DNA from: a virus
Taxonomy: Duplodnaviria > Caudoviricetes
DNA length: 57,283 nucleotides
Strand: one strand, 5' to 3'
IMG/VR virus record: IMGVR_UViG_3300032144_000012
Coordinates: 1-57,283 of that record
A program made the translations under genes and the position numbers. The notes beneath the pieces are model-generated. The model saw only the letters and a program-made list of their open reading frames with translations. It ran no database searches and had not been told where the DNA came from. Positions 1 to 8,595 of the stretch are shown here, one piece after another (position 1 is the stretch's first letter; each line of letters begins with the position of its first letter).

Positions 1-870
1 CCGGACCTCTGCTACCACCACCGTGAGGCGAACCCGGGTCACGACCTGACGAAGCTCGACGAGCGGATCAAGGCGGTCGCGGAGGCTCGGGGTGGTGTCG
101 GCGAGTACGCGCCGGGACAGTTCGAGTCGATCGCGCGCCAGTGGGACCGGCCGAAGGCCGACAAGTCGTACCTGAACCGGGTGTGGCTGAACCAGTGGGT
201 GTCCGCTGAGGCACAGGCGTTCGACGTGAAGCGCTGGGGGGATCTCGCCCGTCCCGGGCGCATCCCGGCCGGCGAGCTCGTCACCGTCGGGTTCGACGGC
301 GCCCGGTTCCGGGACTCCACGGCGTTCGTCATCACCGACGTGGTCACCGGCACCCAAGAGCTCGCGGCGATCTGGCAGCGGCCCCTGGACGTGTCCGATG
401 AGGACGGGTGGGAGATCCCGGAGCGCGAGGTCACGGAGGCGTGGTGCGCGATCAAGGCCCGGTTCCAGGTGTGGAAGCTGTACGGCGACCCGCCGCACTG
501 GACCGAGACGATGGGCACGTGGGCCGGTGAGGACCCGGACGTCGTCGAGGAGTGGTGGACGAACCGCCCCCGCCCGATGGCGAGCGCCGTCCGGGAGTAC
601 CGGGAGGCGATGGGCGCCGGCCAGGTTGGCTGGTCCGAGGACGATCCGCTCGGCGAGGAGTTCGACACCCACGTCGGCAACGCGGGCCGCGCCTACATCA
701 ACGCGTGGGCGGACGACGGCAGCCAGTTGTTCATCCTGCAGAAGATCCACCCGGATCGGAAGTTCGACGCCGCGATGGCGGCGGTGCTCTCGTGGCAGGC
801 CCGGCTGGAGGCCCTCGCGAAGGGGGCGAAGAAGCGCGAGCCACCACAGGCGCCTCGCCGCTGGAGATGA
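1..870 (+). CDS. terL: Terminase large subunit, C-terminal nuclease domain (5' truncated by window edge)
   Basis: Frame open from base 1. Has GFDGARFRDSTA and KFDAAMAAVLSW RNase H-like terminase motifs and lies directly upstream of the portal gene. Confidence 0.9.
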   Translation, partial: PDLCYHHREANPGHDLTKLDERIKAVAEARGGVGEYAPGQFESIARQWDRPKADKSYLNRVWLNQWVSAEAQAFDVKRWGDLARPGRIPAGELVTVGFDGARFRDSTAFVITDVVTGTQELAAIWQRPLDVSDEDGWEIPEREVTEAWCAIKARFQVWKLYGDPPHWTETMGTWAGEDPDVVEEWWTNRPRPMASAVREYREAMGAGQVGWSEDDPLGEEFDTHVGNAGRAYINAWADDGSQLFILQKIHPDRKFDAAMAAVLSWQARLEALAKGAKKREPPQAPRRWR

Positions 871-886
871 CCTGAGGTGGTGACTC

Positions 887-2347
887 GTGGCGGAAACTGT
901 CGAGGTCGGCGACCGCGGGTCTGACGGATGGCTCCTCGACCAGCTCGGGAGGCAGCTGCTCGCTCAGGGTGGGCAGCAGGATCAGGTGAAGGCCCTGGAC
1001 GCCTACTTCACGGGCAACCCGCCGCTGCCGGGGTCGGCGCCGAAGGCCCGTGACGCGTACCGGCTGTTCCAGAAGGTGTCTCGGCTGAACCTGGCCGAGG
1101 CGATCGTGCTGTCACGGACGAACCGGATGCTCGTGACGGGTTTCCGGACCGGCGCCGACGGCGACGAGGCGGGCGACAAGGCCGCCCGGGACCTGTGGGC
1201 CGCGTCCGACCTCGACGTGGGGGCGGCGGACGTCCACCAGGCGATGCTCGCGCACGGACGGGCCTACGTGATCGTGGCCCCGGACGACGACGCGGGCGGG
1301 GCGCCGGTGGCGACGTTCGAGGACGCCCGGCAGGTCACCACCTTGAACGACCCGCGCCGCCCGGACCGGGTTCGGGCGGGCCTGAAGGTGTTCCGCGACG
1401 AGGCGGAGGGCCTCGACTTCGCGTACCTGTACCTACCTGGCCGTGTCCTGGTGGCGTCGAAGCAGATCCCGGTCGCTGGCGCTGACACGGCGCTGGGTGG
1501 GTTCCGCGCGGCGGACTGGACGTGGGAACCGGACCGGTTCGAGAAGTACGGCGAGGGCCTCGGTGACGTCGTCGGCGTGGTGCGGTTCCTCAACCGGGCC
1601 GCGATGGGCGAGTTCGAGGCGCACACGGACACCCTCGACCGGATCAACACGATGATCCTGCAGCGTGTCGTGACTGCGGTGATGCAGGCGTTCCGGCAGC
1701 GCGCAATCGAGGGGAAGCTCCCAGAGCACGACTCGCGCGGCAACCTGATCGACTACGCCGAGGTGTTCGCGTCCGGCCCCGATGCTCTGTGGGAGCTCGG
1801 GGAGGGCGCGAAGATCTGGGAGTCGGCGGCGCTGGACCTCACCCCCATGTTGTCGTCGGTCAAGGACGACATCATGCAGCTGGCGGCGGCCACGCAGACC
1901 CCCATGCACATGTTCACGCCCGACGCCGCTGCTGGGTCAGCGGAGGGCGCCTCCCTGATGCGCGAAGGCGTCGTGGCCACCACGAAGGACCGGATCAACC
2001 GGGCCACGTCGGGGTGGCGGCGGGTCATGTCGCTGATGTTCCGGATGGCCGGCGACGAGCAGCGCGCGAACCTGGCGGAGTTGGCTCCGATCTGGGCGCC
2101 GCCCGAGCAGTGGTCGATGGCCGAGCGCGCTGACGCGTCGTCGAAGGCGAAGGACGTGCCCTGGCGGTCGCGGATGCTGCACATCTGGGGCTTCCCGTCA
2201 GACCTGGTAGACCGGATGGAGACGGAGCGGGCGACGGACGCGTTCCTTGAGCAGGCGCTCGTCGCTGCCGCTTCACCGCCGCCATCCGCGGCCTCCGCGA
2301 CGACGGCGCCTGCTGCTGAGCCGGTGGGTAGCGGTGGCGGGGCCTGA
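887..2347 (+). CDS. Portal protein (SPP1 gp6-like)
   Basis: 486 aa after TerL. Has GEFEAHTDTLDRIN, AFRQRAI and SAEGA motifs typical of actinophage portals. Confidence 0.9.
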   Translation: MAETVEVGDRGSDGWLLDQLGRQLLAQGGQQDQVKALDAYFTGNPPLPGSAPKARDAYRLFQKVSRLNLAEAIVLSRTNRMLVTGFRTGADGDEAGDKAARDLWAASDLDVGAADVHQAMLAHGRAYVIVAPDDDAGGAPVATFEDARQVTTLNDPRRPDRVRAGLKVFRDEAEGLDFAYLYLPGRVLVASKQIPVAGADTALGGFRAADWTWEPDRFEKYGEGLGDVVGVVRFLNRAAMGEFEAHTDTLDRINTMILQRVVTAVMQAFRQRAIEGKLPEHDSRGNLIDYAEVFASGPDALWELGEGAKIWESAALDLTPMLSSVKDDIMQLAAATQTPMHMFTPDAAAGSAEGASLMREGVVATTKDRINRATSGWRRVMSLMFRMAGDEQRANLAELAPIWAPPEQWSMAERADASSKAKDVPWRSRMLHIWGFPSDLVDRMETERATDAFLEQALVAAASPPPSAASATTAPAAEPVGSGGGA

Positions 2348-3131
2348 CCGGCGGCTCATCCTCGCCGCGGTGGACGCTGAGGCGGCGTTGCAGGCGCGGA
2401 TCGGGAAGACGGTCCTTGACCTGCTCGCCGATCTGCTGAGGCGGACGCTGCGCGCGGGCGTCCCGCGGGAGCAGATCGCGCGTGACGCGGCCAGGGTGGT
2501 CACCGTCGGCCGGCGGCAGGCGTTCGGTGGTGCGGACGTGTACATGCGTCGCGCCCTGGACCTGCTCGACGTGCACTCCTCCGGTGGCGCGGGCAGCCCG
2601 ACGCCGACCCCGCGCGGCATCCCTGCGGTCGAGGAGTGGGTGCGGCCGATCGAGGAGTACCGGCACGCGCGGATCACCGGCCTGGACGCGCTTGAGGCGG
2701 AACTGCGGGCGATCACACGGGCTGAGGCGATGGCCGACCTCGACCTGGGGATGGCGCGCCGGGATGCCTACGCGGGGCGTCTCGCGTCTGCGGAGAACGT
2801 GACCGGCTGGCGGCGCATCATCCACCCGGAGCGTTCCGAGTCCGGCACGTGCGGCCTGTGTGTGGCCGCTGCTGACCGCCTGTACGGCAAGGGCGACCTG
2901 CTGCCGCTGCACGCGCGGTGCAAGTGCACCGTCCTGCCTGCCACGGCCGCGCTCGACCCGGGCCAGACGTTGAACGCCGACGAGATCGCCGCCCTGTACG
3001 AGTCGGCCGGGTCTACCGGCCGGCAGTCGCTCGCGAAGGTCCGGTTCGCAGTCCGCGAGCACGGCGAGATCGGCCCCCTGCTGGTGGACGCAGGAGACCG
3101 ATTCACCGGGCCCGAGGACATCGCGGCCTGA
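2334..3131 (+). CDS. Head morphogenesis protein (MuF-like / capsid maturation family)
   Basis: WRRIIHPE..GTCGLC..LLPLHARCKC motif; lies between portal and scaffold. GTG start overlaps the portal end. Confidence 0.75.
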   Translation: MAGPDRRLILAAVDAEAALQARIGKTVLDLLADLLRRTLRAGVPREQIARDAARVVTVGRRQAFGGADVYMRRALDLLDVHSSGGAGSPTPTPRGIPAVEEWVRPIEEYRHARITGLDALEAELRAITRAEAMADLDLGMARRDAYAGRLASAENVTGWRRIIHPERSESGTCGLCVAAADRLYGKGDLLPLHARCKCTVLPATAALDPGQTLNADEIAALYESAGSTGRQSLAKVRFAVREHGEIGPLLVDAGDRFTGPEDIAA

Positions 3132-3226
3132 CGCACATCTGAGCCACCCGACCCCGTGAGGGGCGCGGGTACTTCGGCACGCCCGGAAGGGGCGGCCGGT
3201 CACCATCCCGGAAGGGGAGTCCCCGC

Positions 3227-3805
3227 ATGTCCCGCATGCTCGCCCGCGTCACCCTGCCCGACCACACCCTCACCTCCGCGAATCCGTGGCTCCCGGAAGG
3301 GGACGACGGCGCCTCTGGCGGCGGGGGCGGCGACGGACAGCAGGACAACGGCGCCGACCACTGGAAGTCACAGGCGCGCACCTGGGAGTCCCGCGCCAAC
3401 GCCGACAAGGCGGCACGGGAGAAGGCTGAAGCGGAGCTCGCGAAGGTCCGCAAGGCCAACCAGTCCGCCGAGGAGAAGGCGCTGGAAGCGGCGCGCGACG
3501 AGGGGCGAAAGGCCGCTCTCGCGGAGGTCGCCACCGAGCGTGTCGCTACCCGCCTCGAAGCCGTCCTGTCCTCCGACCGGCGCGGTGTCAGCGAGCAGCA
3601 GCGGAAGGCGCTTCTCGCCCGGATCAACGTCACCTCGTTCCTCGACGCCGAAGGGCGTCTCGACGACAAGGCGATCACCGAGTGGGCCAACGAAGTGGCC
3701 CCCGAGCGGACCCGCGACTTCGGTCAGGGCCGCGACCGCGGCGGCAACGCCAAGACCACCGACATGAGCTCCCTCATCCGCGAGCAGGTCGCGAAGCGGC
3801 GGTAG
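3227..3805 (+). CDS. Capsid scaffolding protein
   Basis: Gly/Asp linker, WKSQARTWESRA motif and coiled coil; directly before the major capsid gene. Confidence 0.85.
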   Translation: MSRMLARVTLPDHTLTSANPWLPEGDDGASGGGGGDGQQDNGADHWKSQARTWESRANADKAAREKAEAELAKVRKANQSAEEKALEAARDEGRKAALAEVATERVATRLEAVLSSDRRGVSEQQRKALLARINVTSFLDAEGRLDDKAITEWANEVAPERTRDFGQGRDRGGNAKTTDMSSLIREQVAKRR

Positions 3806-3862
3806 CCGCCCACCACTGCGCGCCGGGACTCTCCCCTTACCGATCACAAGGAGTGATCCGCG

Positions 3863-4840
3863 ATGGCGTACGACAGCCTGACCGATCGGACTGACGCCCA
3901 GGCGCTCATCCCCGAAGAGGTCTCCCGCATCATGCTGGGCAAGGCGGTGGAGCAGTCCACCGTCCTCCAGATGTTCCGCCACGTCCCCGTCCGCAGCGCG
4001 CAGGTGCGGTTCCCGATCCTGTCCGCGCTGCCCTACGCCTACTGGGTCAGCGGCGACACCGGTCTCAAGCAGACCACCGACGCGGCCTGGACGAACAAGT
4101 ACCTGAACGTCGAGGAGATCGCGGCGATCCTGCCGATCCCGGACTCGGTCGTGGCCGACACCCAGGAGAACATCTGGGACTCGATCATGCCGCACCTCAC
4201 GGAGGCGTTCGCGCGTGTCCTCGACGAGGCTGTGTTCTTCGGTGTGAACGCGCCGTCGTCGTTCCCCGACGACATCCTCACCGCGGTCATCGCCGCGTCG
4301 AACACGGTCACCGAGGGCTCGCACAACGCCGCGGCCGGCGGGTTCTACGGCGACCTCGACGAGCTGTACGGCCTCGTGGAGGCCGACGGGTTCGAGGTGA
4401 CGGGCTTCGCGGCGGCGACGTCGGCGAAGTCGAAGCTGCGGGCGGCCCGCAACTCGCAGGGTGACCGTCTCGACGGGAACCGGGTGTCCGGTGACCTGCG
4501 GACCCTGGACGGCCTGCCGGTGAGCTACGGCATGAAGGGCCAGTTCCCGGTCGCCACGGTCAGCCAGAGCCCGAGCGACACCGACGGCGTCCGCCTGTTC
4601 GGCGGGGACTTCTCGGAGTTCGTCGTCGGCGTCCGGCAGGACATCACGATGAAGGTGCTCACCGAGGCCGTCATCCAGGACAACACGGGCGCGATCGTCT
4701 ACAACCTCGCCCAGCAGGACATGACGGCAGTGCGGCTCACGTTCCGGGTCGGCTGGCAGGTGTCGAACCGGATCAACTACTCGAACACGAACTCGTCGAC
4801 CCGGTACCCGGTCGGCGCGATCATCGTGACGGGCACCTGA
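3863..4840 (+). CDS. Major capsid protein (HK97 fold)
   Basis: ALIPEEVS start, GDFSEFVVGVRQDI and NLAQQDMTAVR motifs; AAGGAG RBS. Confidence 0.93.
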   Translation: MAYDSLTDRTDAQALIPEEVSRIMLGKAVEQSTVLQMFRHVPVRSAQVRFPILSALPYAYWVSGDTGLKQTTDAAWTNKYLNVEEIAAILPIPDSVVADTQENIWDSIMPHLTEAFARVLDEAVFFGVNAPSSFPDDILTAVIAASNTVTEGSHNAAAGGFYGDLDELYGLVEADGFEVTGFAAATSAKSKLRAARNSQGDRLDGNRVSGDLRTLDGLPVSYGMKGQFPVATVSQSPSDTDGVRLFGGDFSEFVVGVRQDITMKVLTEAVIQDNTGAIVYNLAQQDMTAVRLTFRVGWQVSNRINYSNTNSSTRYPVGAIIVTGT

Positions 4841-5133
4841 TGGCCGCGCGGAGGACGGCGGCCCCGAAGCCGCCCGAGGACACCAAGGCCGCTGACGAGG
4901 CCACCGAGTCCGTCGAGGAGGAGTCGGTCGAGGCCCCCGTCGAGGAGGAGGCCGCCGCCGAGGTCGATCAGGCTGAGGAGGCGGACGTCCCGGCATCCAC
5001 CGCGCGGGGCGCCTCCCGGCCCCTGCGGTTCGTCACCCCACAGGGTGTCCCCCTGAACATCCAGAGCAAGGGCGAGCCTGCCCGTCAGGTGCAGTCCGGT
5101 CTCGGCCGGCCGCTGCGATTCGGAGGTAAGTGA
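4840..5133 (+). CDS. Small acidic head-associated protein
   Basis: TGATG coupling to the capsid gene; low complexity. Confidence 0.55.
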   Translation: MAARRTAAPKPPEDTKAADEATESVEEESVEAPVEEEAAAEVDQAEEADVPASTARGASRPLRFVTPQGVPLNIQSKGEPARQVQSGLGRPLRFGGK

Positions 5134-5543
5134 TGTCCTCGGCCGCTCCGCTCACGCGGACCTTCCAGTTCGCTGCCCCCGCCGTCGGCACGGCGGGCAA
5201 CGACGACACCGCCCCCGCGTTCATCGCACCGTTCGCGTGCACGGTGACCGCCGTCGAGTTCGTCGCGAAGTCCACCCTGACGGGTGCAGCGACGAACTAC
5301 CGCTCGCACTCCCTGGTGAACAAGGGTGCTGCCGGTGCTGGAACGACCGTCGTCGCCACGCTGGCGTACGACTCGACCGGTGTCGTCGCGACCGCGCTCG
5401 ACGCGAAGGCGCTCACCCTGTCGGCGACCGCTGCGAACCTCGTCCTCGCCGAGGGTGACGTTCTGCAGTGGAAGTCGGACCACACCGCGTCGGGTCTCGC
5501 CGACCCGGGCGGAATCGTCCGCGTCACTGTCAGCCGGTCCTGA
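5133..5543 (+). CDS. Putative head decoration / virion beta-strand protein
   Basis: Ala/Thr/Val-rich; GGAGGT RBS; lies in the head module. Confidence 0.5.
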   Translation: MSSAAPLTRTFQFAAPAVGTAGNDDTAPAFIAPFACTVTAVEFVAKSTLTGAATNYRSHSLVNKGAAGAGTTVVATLAYDSTGVVATALDAKALTLSATAANLVLAEGDVLQWKSDHTASGLADPGGIVRVTVSRS

Positions 5544-5555
5544 TCGGGGCCGCTG

Positions 5556-6008
5556 ATGTCCGCGTGGGCGACCGTCGAAGACGTGCAGGACATGTACGAG
5601 TCGACGGTCCCCGCGCGGACTCAGGCGGTCCTGGACCGGGTGGAGCGGCGGCTCGCCCAGGCGGTCCCGGACATCTCGTCCAGGATCGAGCTCGACCCGG
5701 ACGAGGACGGCTACCTCGACGTGGACGCCGTAAGGGACGTGGTGGTCGACGCCACCATTCGGCTGTTGCAGAACCCGCGCGGGTTCACGTACGAGCGTGA
5801 CGGCGACTATGCGGTCGGATACAGCAAGCAGGGGTCGGGCTGGTTCACCGACGAGGAACTCTCCGTCCTGCGCCCGGTCGCGGCCGGCGGACCGCGGACG
5901 ATCGGTGTATCGCCCGGCCTGACTCCGCCCGCGTCGTGTCCGCCACCTCGGGATTCCACCGCCTGGACGGGTGATCGTCTCGCTGGGTCGCGCGGAGACC
6001 TTCCGTGA
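5556..6008 (+). CDS. Head-to-tail adaptor (Gp19/Gp15/Gp42-like)
   Basis: WATVEDV..VRDVVVDATIRLLQNPRG..E.DGDY..FTDEE pattern. Confidence 0.85.
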   Translation: MSAWATVEDVQDMYESTVPARTQAVLDRVERRLAQAVPDISSRIELDPDEDGYLDVDAVRDVVVDATIRLLQNPRGFTYERDGDYAVGYSKQGSGWFTDEELSVLRPVAAGGPRTIGVSPGLTPPASCPPPRDSTAWTGDRLAGSRGDLP

Positions 6009-6346
6009 GCCTGCTCGACAACCCGACCGATGTCCTGCAGGTGTACGTGGAGGTCGACGGCACCGACAGCGACGGCAACGTCGTGAAGGTGCCCGGCGGA
6101 ACGCCTGTCGAGGTGAAGGGCCGGGTGCAGCCGTTCCGGCCGAACTCGGAGTCGTCGACGGGTGGTCAGGTCACGACGACGACGTATCAGTACATCGGCC
6201 GGACGTGGCCGTCCGGCGCGTTCGCTGCCGTGCAGTGGGATGGCCGCTGGTGGGACGTGGACGGTGAGCCGATGTGGTCGCGGGGTTCTGAGGCGACCCG
6301 GCACGTGACGGTCCGGTTGAGGGCTCGCGGTCCGCTGGAGGTGTAG
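6005..6346 (+). CDS. Head-to-tail stopper
   Basis: MSLLD..DSDGN..VQP..WDGRWWDVDGEP..S.ATRH pattern; synteny. Confidence 0.85.
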   Translation: MSLLDNPTDVLQVYVEVDGTDSDGNVVKVPGGTPVEVKGRVQPFRPNSESSTGGQVTTTTYQYIGRTWPSGAFAAVQWDGRWWDVDGEPMWSRGSEATRHVTVRLRARGPLEV

Positions 6347-6350
6347 TCCG

Positions 6351-6650
6351 GTGGCGTCGGTAACCGAAAAGCTCGAGCTTCTGGTCGCGGGCATGCCTGG
6401 CGTGCGGAATGCGCGTGAGGAGCTCGCGGAGGAGCTGGGCCGGGAGGCGCAGTGGCGTCTCGGGCAGCACCGGGAGACCGGTGACGCGTCGATCGAGGTC
6501 GTGCATGACCGGCTCGACTCGTACGTGGTCCTCGATGATGACGCGTCGCTGTCGATCGAGTTCGGTCGTGGTGAGTTCACCCGCCCGGACGGTGTGAAGG
6601 TCGGCGCGATGGAGGGCCTGCACATCCTCCGTGACACTGCGGGCGGCTGA
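6351..6650 (+). CDS. Neck/tail completion protein (DUF5403-like)
   Basis: SIEFG..GAMEGLHIL motif; synteny. Confidence 0.7.
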   Translation: MASVTEKLELLVAGMPGVRNAREELAEELGREAQWRLGQHRETGDASIEVVHDRLDSYVVLDDDASLSIEFGRGEFTRPDGVKVGAMEGLHILRDTAGG

Positions 6651-6652
6651 CC

Positions 6653-7063
6653 GTGTGGGGTGACGCGCAGGCCGTGTGCCTGGCGTACGCGCGCACGTCG
6701 ATCCCGGAGGCGCCGGGCGGGTGGCGGGTGCAGTCGGAGTTGCCGGCCGACTGGATCGCACGGTCGGCTACGGGCTTGTTCGTGGTGCGCGTGTCGGGGT
6801 CTCCGTCGCCGCTGGACTCCCGCTTCGACTGGCTCGGTCAGGCGATCGATGTGGACGCGTACGTGCCCGCTGACGGTGGCCGCGCCAGCGCGTTGGAGGC
6901 GATCCACGCGTTCAAGACCGCCCTCGTCGAGGGCGCGCACGTCACGGGTGCGGGGCGGACGAACTCGCCGCCGGAGATCGTGACCGTCCCGTTCAAGTTC
7001 CCCACCACCCCGCCGGGCGTGGCCCGGTACGTAGCGGCGTTCCGCGCCGTGTTCACGGCCTGA
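6653..7063 (+). CDS. Tail terminator
   Basis: Size and position immediately before the major tail gene. Confidence 0.7.
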   Translation: MWGDAQAVCLAYARTSIPEAPGGWRVQSELPADWIARSATGLFVVRVSGSPSPLDSRFDWLGQAIDVDAYVPADGGRASALEAIHAFKTALVEGAHVTGAGRTNSPPEIVTVPFKFPTTPPGVARYVAAFRAVFTA

Positions 7064-7145
7064 CCCCCACCTTCTACCCCCTCACCGCCCGGTGCTGGGG
7101 GTCGCCCGCATGCCCCCGTTCACCCCCTCGGTCTGAGGAGTTCTC

Positions 7146-7727
7146 ATGTCGCTCGATTCCACGGCGGTCGTCCTCCCGGGCCGCGGCTACATCTTCATCC
7201 ACAACACGCCCGGTCAGGCGTCCCCGGCGACCACGGTGTCCGCGCTGGACGCGCTGGACCTGGAGGCGGCGACGATCGCGACGACGTGGCGGAACCTGGG
7301 CCACACGTCCCGGGAGAACTCCGTCACCCGGTTCCGGGACGGCGGCGACACCACCACGCTCGGTTCGTGGCAGGCGGACTCGCTGTTCGCGTCCACGGAG
7401 CCGGTGACGCAGGGCCTCACGTTCAACCCGCTCCAGTTCTCCAACGACGTCCTCCTCGCGTACGAGGGCGGCGGCGACATCACCGCGGAAGACCTGTTCG
7501 ACCTGCCGGATTCGCCGATCGCGCAGGAGAAGGCCCTGTTCCTGGTGATGGTGTCCGGTTCGACGCGGGTGGGTCTGTACGTGCCGAAGGTGGCGCTGTC
7601 GGCGGCGGACGGGTCGGAGGCTGACCCGTCAGCGCTGTACGAGTGGCCGCTGCGCGCGACGTTCCTGAAGATGACGTCCCTGCCGCTGGCGCAGTGGGTC
7701 CGGTCCGGGCTCGGTACGCCCGAGTAG
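7146..7727 (+). CDS. Major tail protein
   Basis: WRNLGHTSREN..GGD...LGSWQ motif; GAGGAG RBS. Confidence 0.88.
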   Translation: MSLDSTAVVLPGRGYIFIHNTPGQASPATTVSALDALDLEAATIATTWRNLGHTSRENSVTRFRDGGDTTTLGSWQADSLFASTEPVTQGLTFNPLQFSNDVLLAYEGGGDITAEDLFDLPDSPIAQEKALFLVMVSGSTRVGLYVPKVALSAADGSEADPSALYEWPLRATFLKMTSLPLAQWVRSGLGTPE

Positions 7728-7734
7728 TCCTCGC

Positions 7735-7774
7735 CACCCTCGGCCCGTCTCGTGCGGGCGACGGGCCGAGGGTG
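7735..7774 (+). terminator. 15-bp-stem hairpin after the major tail gene
   Basis: CACCCTCGGCCCGTC (7735-7749) pairs with GACGGGCCGAGGGTG (7760-7774); no U tract. Confidence 0.55.
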
Positions 7775-7807
7775 CCCGCACCAGCCCGCAGAAGGTGAGG
7801 GGTCCGC

Positions 7808-8200
7808 ATGCCCCCGAAGCAGAGCAAGGTCATCACGCAGGACGGCGAGCCGGTCGAGGCGCCGACCACGACGAAGCGGCAGGCGAAAGAGGTCGGCGCG
7901 GGTGTCGTGAAGCCCGGCGGGTCACCCGAGGTGGTGCCGTGGCGGCTGACCACCCGCCGCCAGAAGGCCGCTTGGGGTCCGGTCGTGGACTTCTTCAAGG
8001 GTGACGACGCGTCCATTACGGGCACGTGGCAGCTGTACTCGGACATCGTGGACGCCATCGTCGCGGTCTCCCTGGTCCCCATCGAGGGGAAGGGGTGGGG
8101 CGAGCAGGCGTCCGACGACGACCTGATGACGTTCGCCGGCTGGTACCTCGAAGGGATCAACGAGGCCGAGGGGGAAGCGACGGCCTCGCCGACTTCTTAG
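7808..8200 (+). CDS. Tail assembly chaperone (G)
   Basis: Between major tail and tape measure genes; ends just after a slippery site. Confidence 0.85.
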   Translation: MPPKQSKVITQDGEPVEAPTTTKRQAKEVGAGVVKPGGSPEVVPWRLTTRRQKAAWGPVVDFFKGDDASITGTWQLYSDIVDAIVAVSLVPIEGKGWGEQASDDDLMTFAGWYLEGINEAEGEATASPTS

Positions 8201-8592
8201 ACGAGTACGGCGAGGCCATCGAGGCCGACTTCCAGAGGTTCTATCGGGAGGACTCCCGGCACGTCCTTCTCGCCGACGGCGGACCGGGGCGGTTGACGCC
8301 CCGCCGGTTCTGGGTGCTCGTGTCTGGGCTCCCGCTGGACGGGGCGTTCGCCGCGCACCTGCGCGCCGCGGCCCGCACGGAGCAGGACGCGACCGGGCAG
8401 GAGCCGCCGATGTGGCGGGCCTACTTCGGTCGCACCCCGCTGTGGGAGCTCGTCGCGGACCTGTTCGACCTCACCCACCAGATCGCGGCCGGGAAGAAGC
8501 GGATCCAGCCGTACCCACGCGACCCGAAACCGCAGCAGCCGCAACAGCGGGTCCTGCGCATCGACGAGCTCACGGACGACATGTGGGGGTGA
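8170..8592 (+). CDS. Tail assembly chaperone extension (GT) via -1 frameshift
   Basis: GGGGGAA at 8170-8176; the -1 frame reads GSDGLADFLDEYGEAIEADFQRFY to the stop at 8592. Confidence 0.85.
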   Translation, partial: GGSDGLADFLDEYGEAIEADFQRFYREDSRHVLLADGGPGRLTPRRFWVLVSGLPLDGAFAAHLRAAARTEQDATGQEPPMWRAYFGRTPLWELVADLFDLTHQIAAGKKRIQPYPRDPKPQQPQQRVLRIDELTDDMWG

Positions 8593-8595
8593 GTC

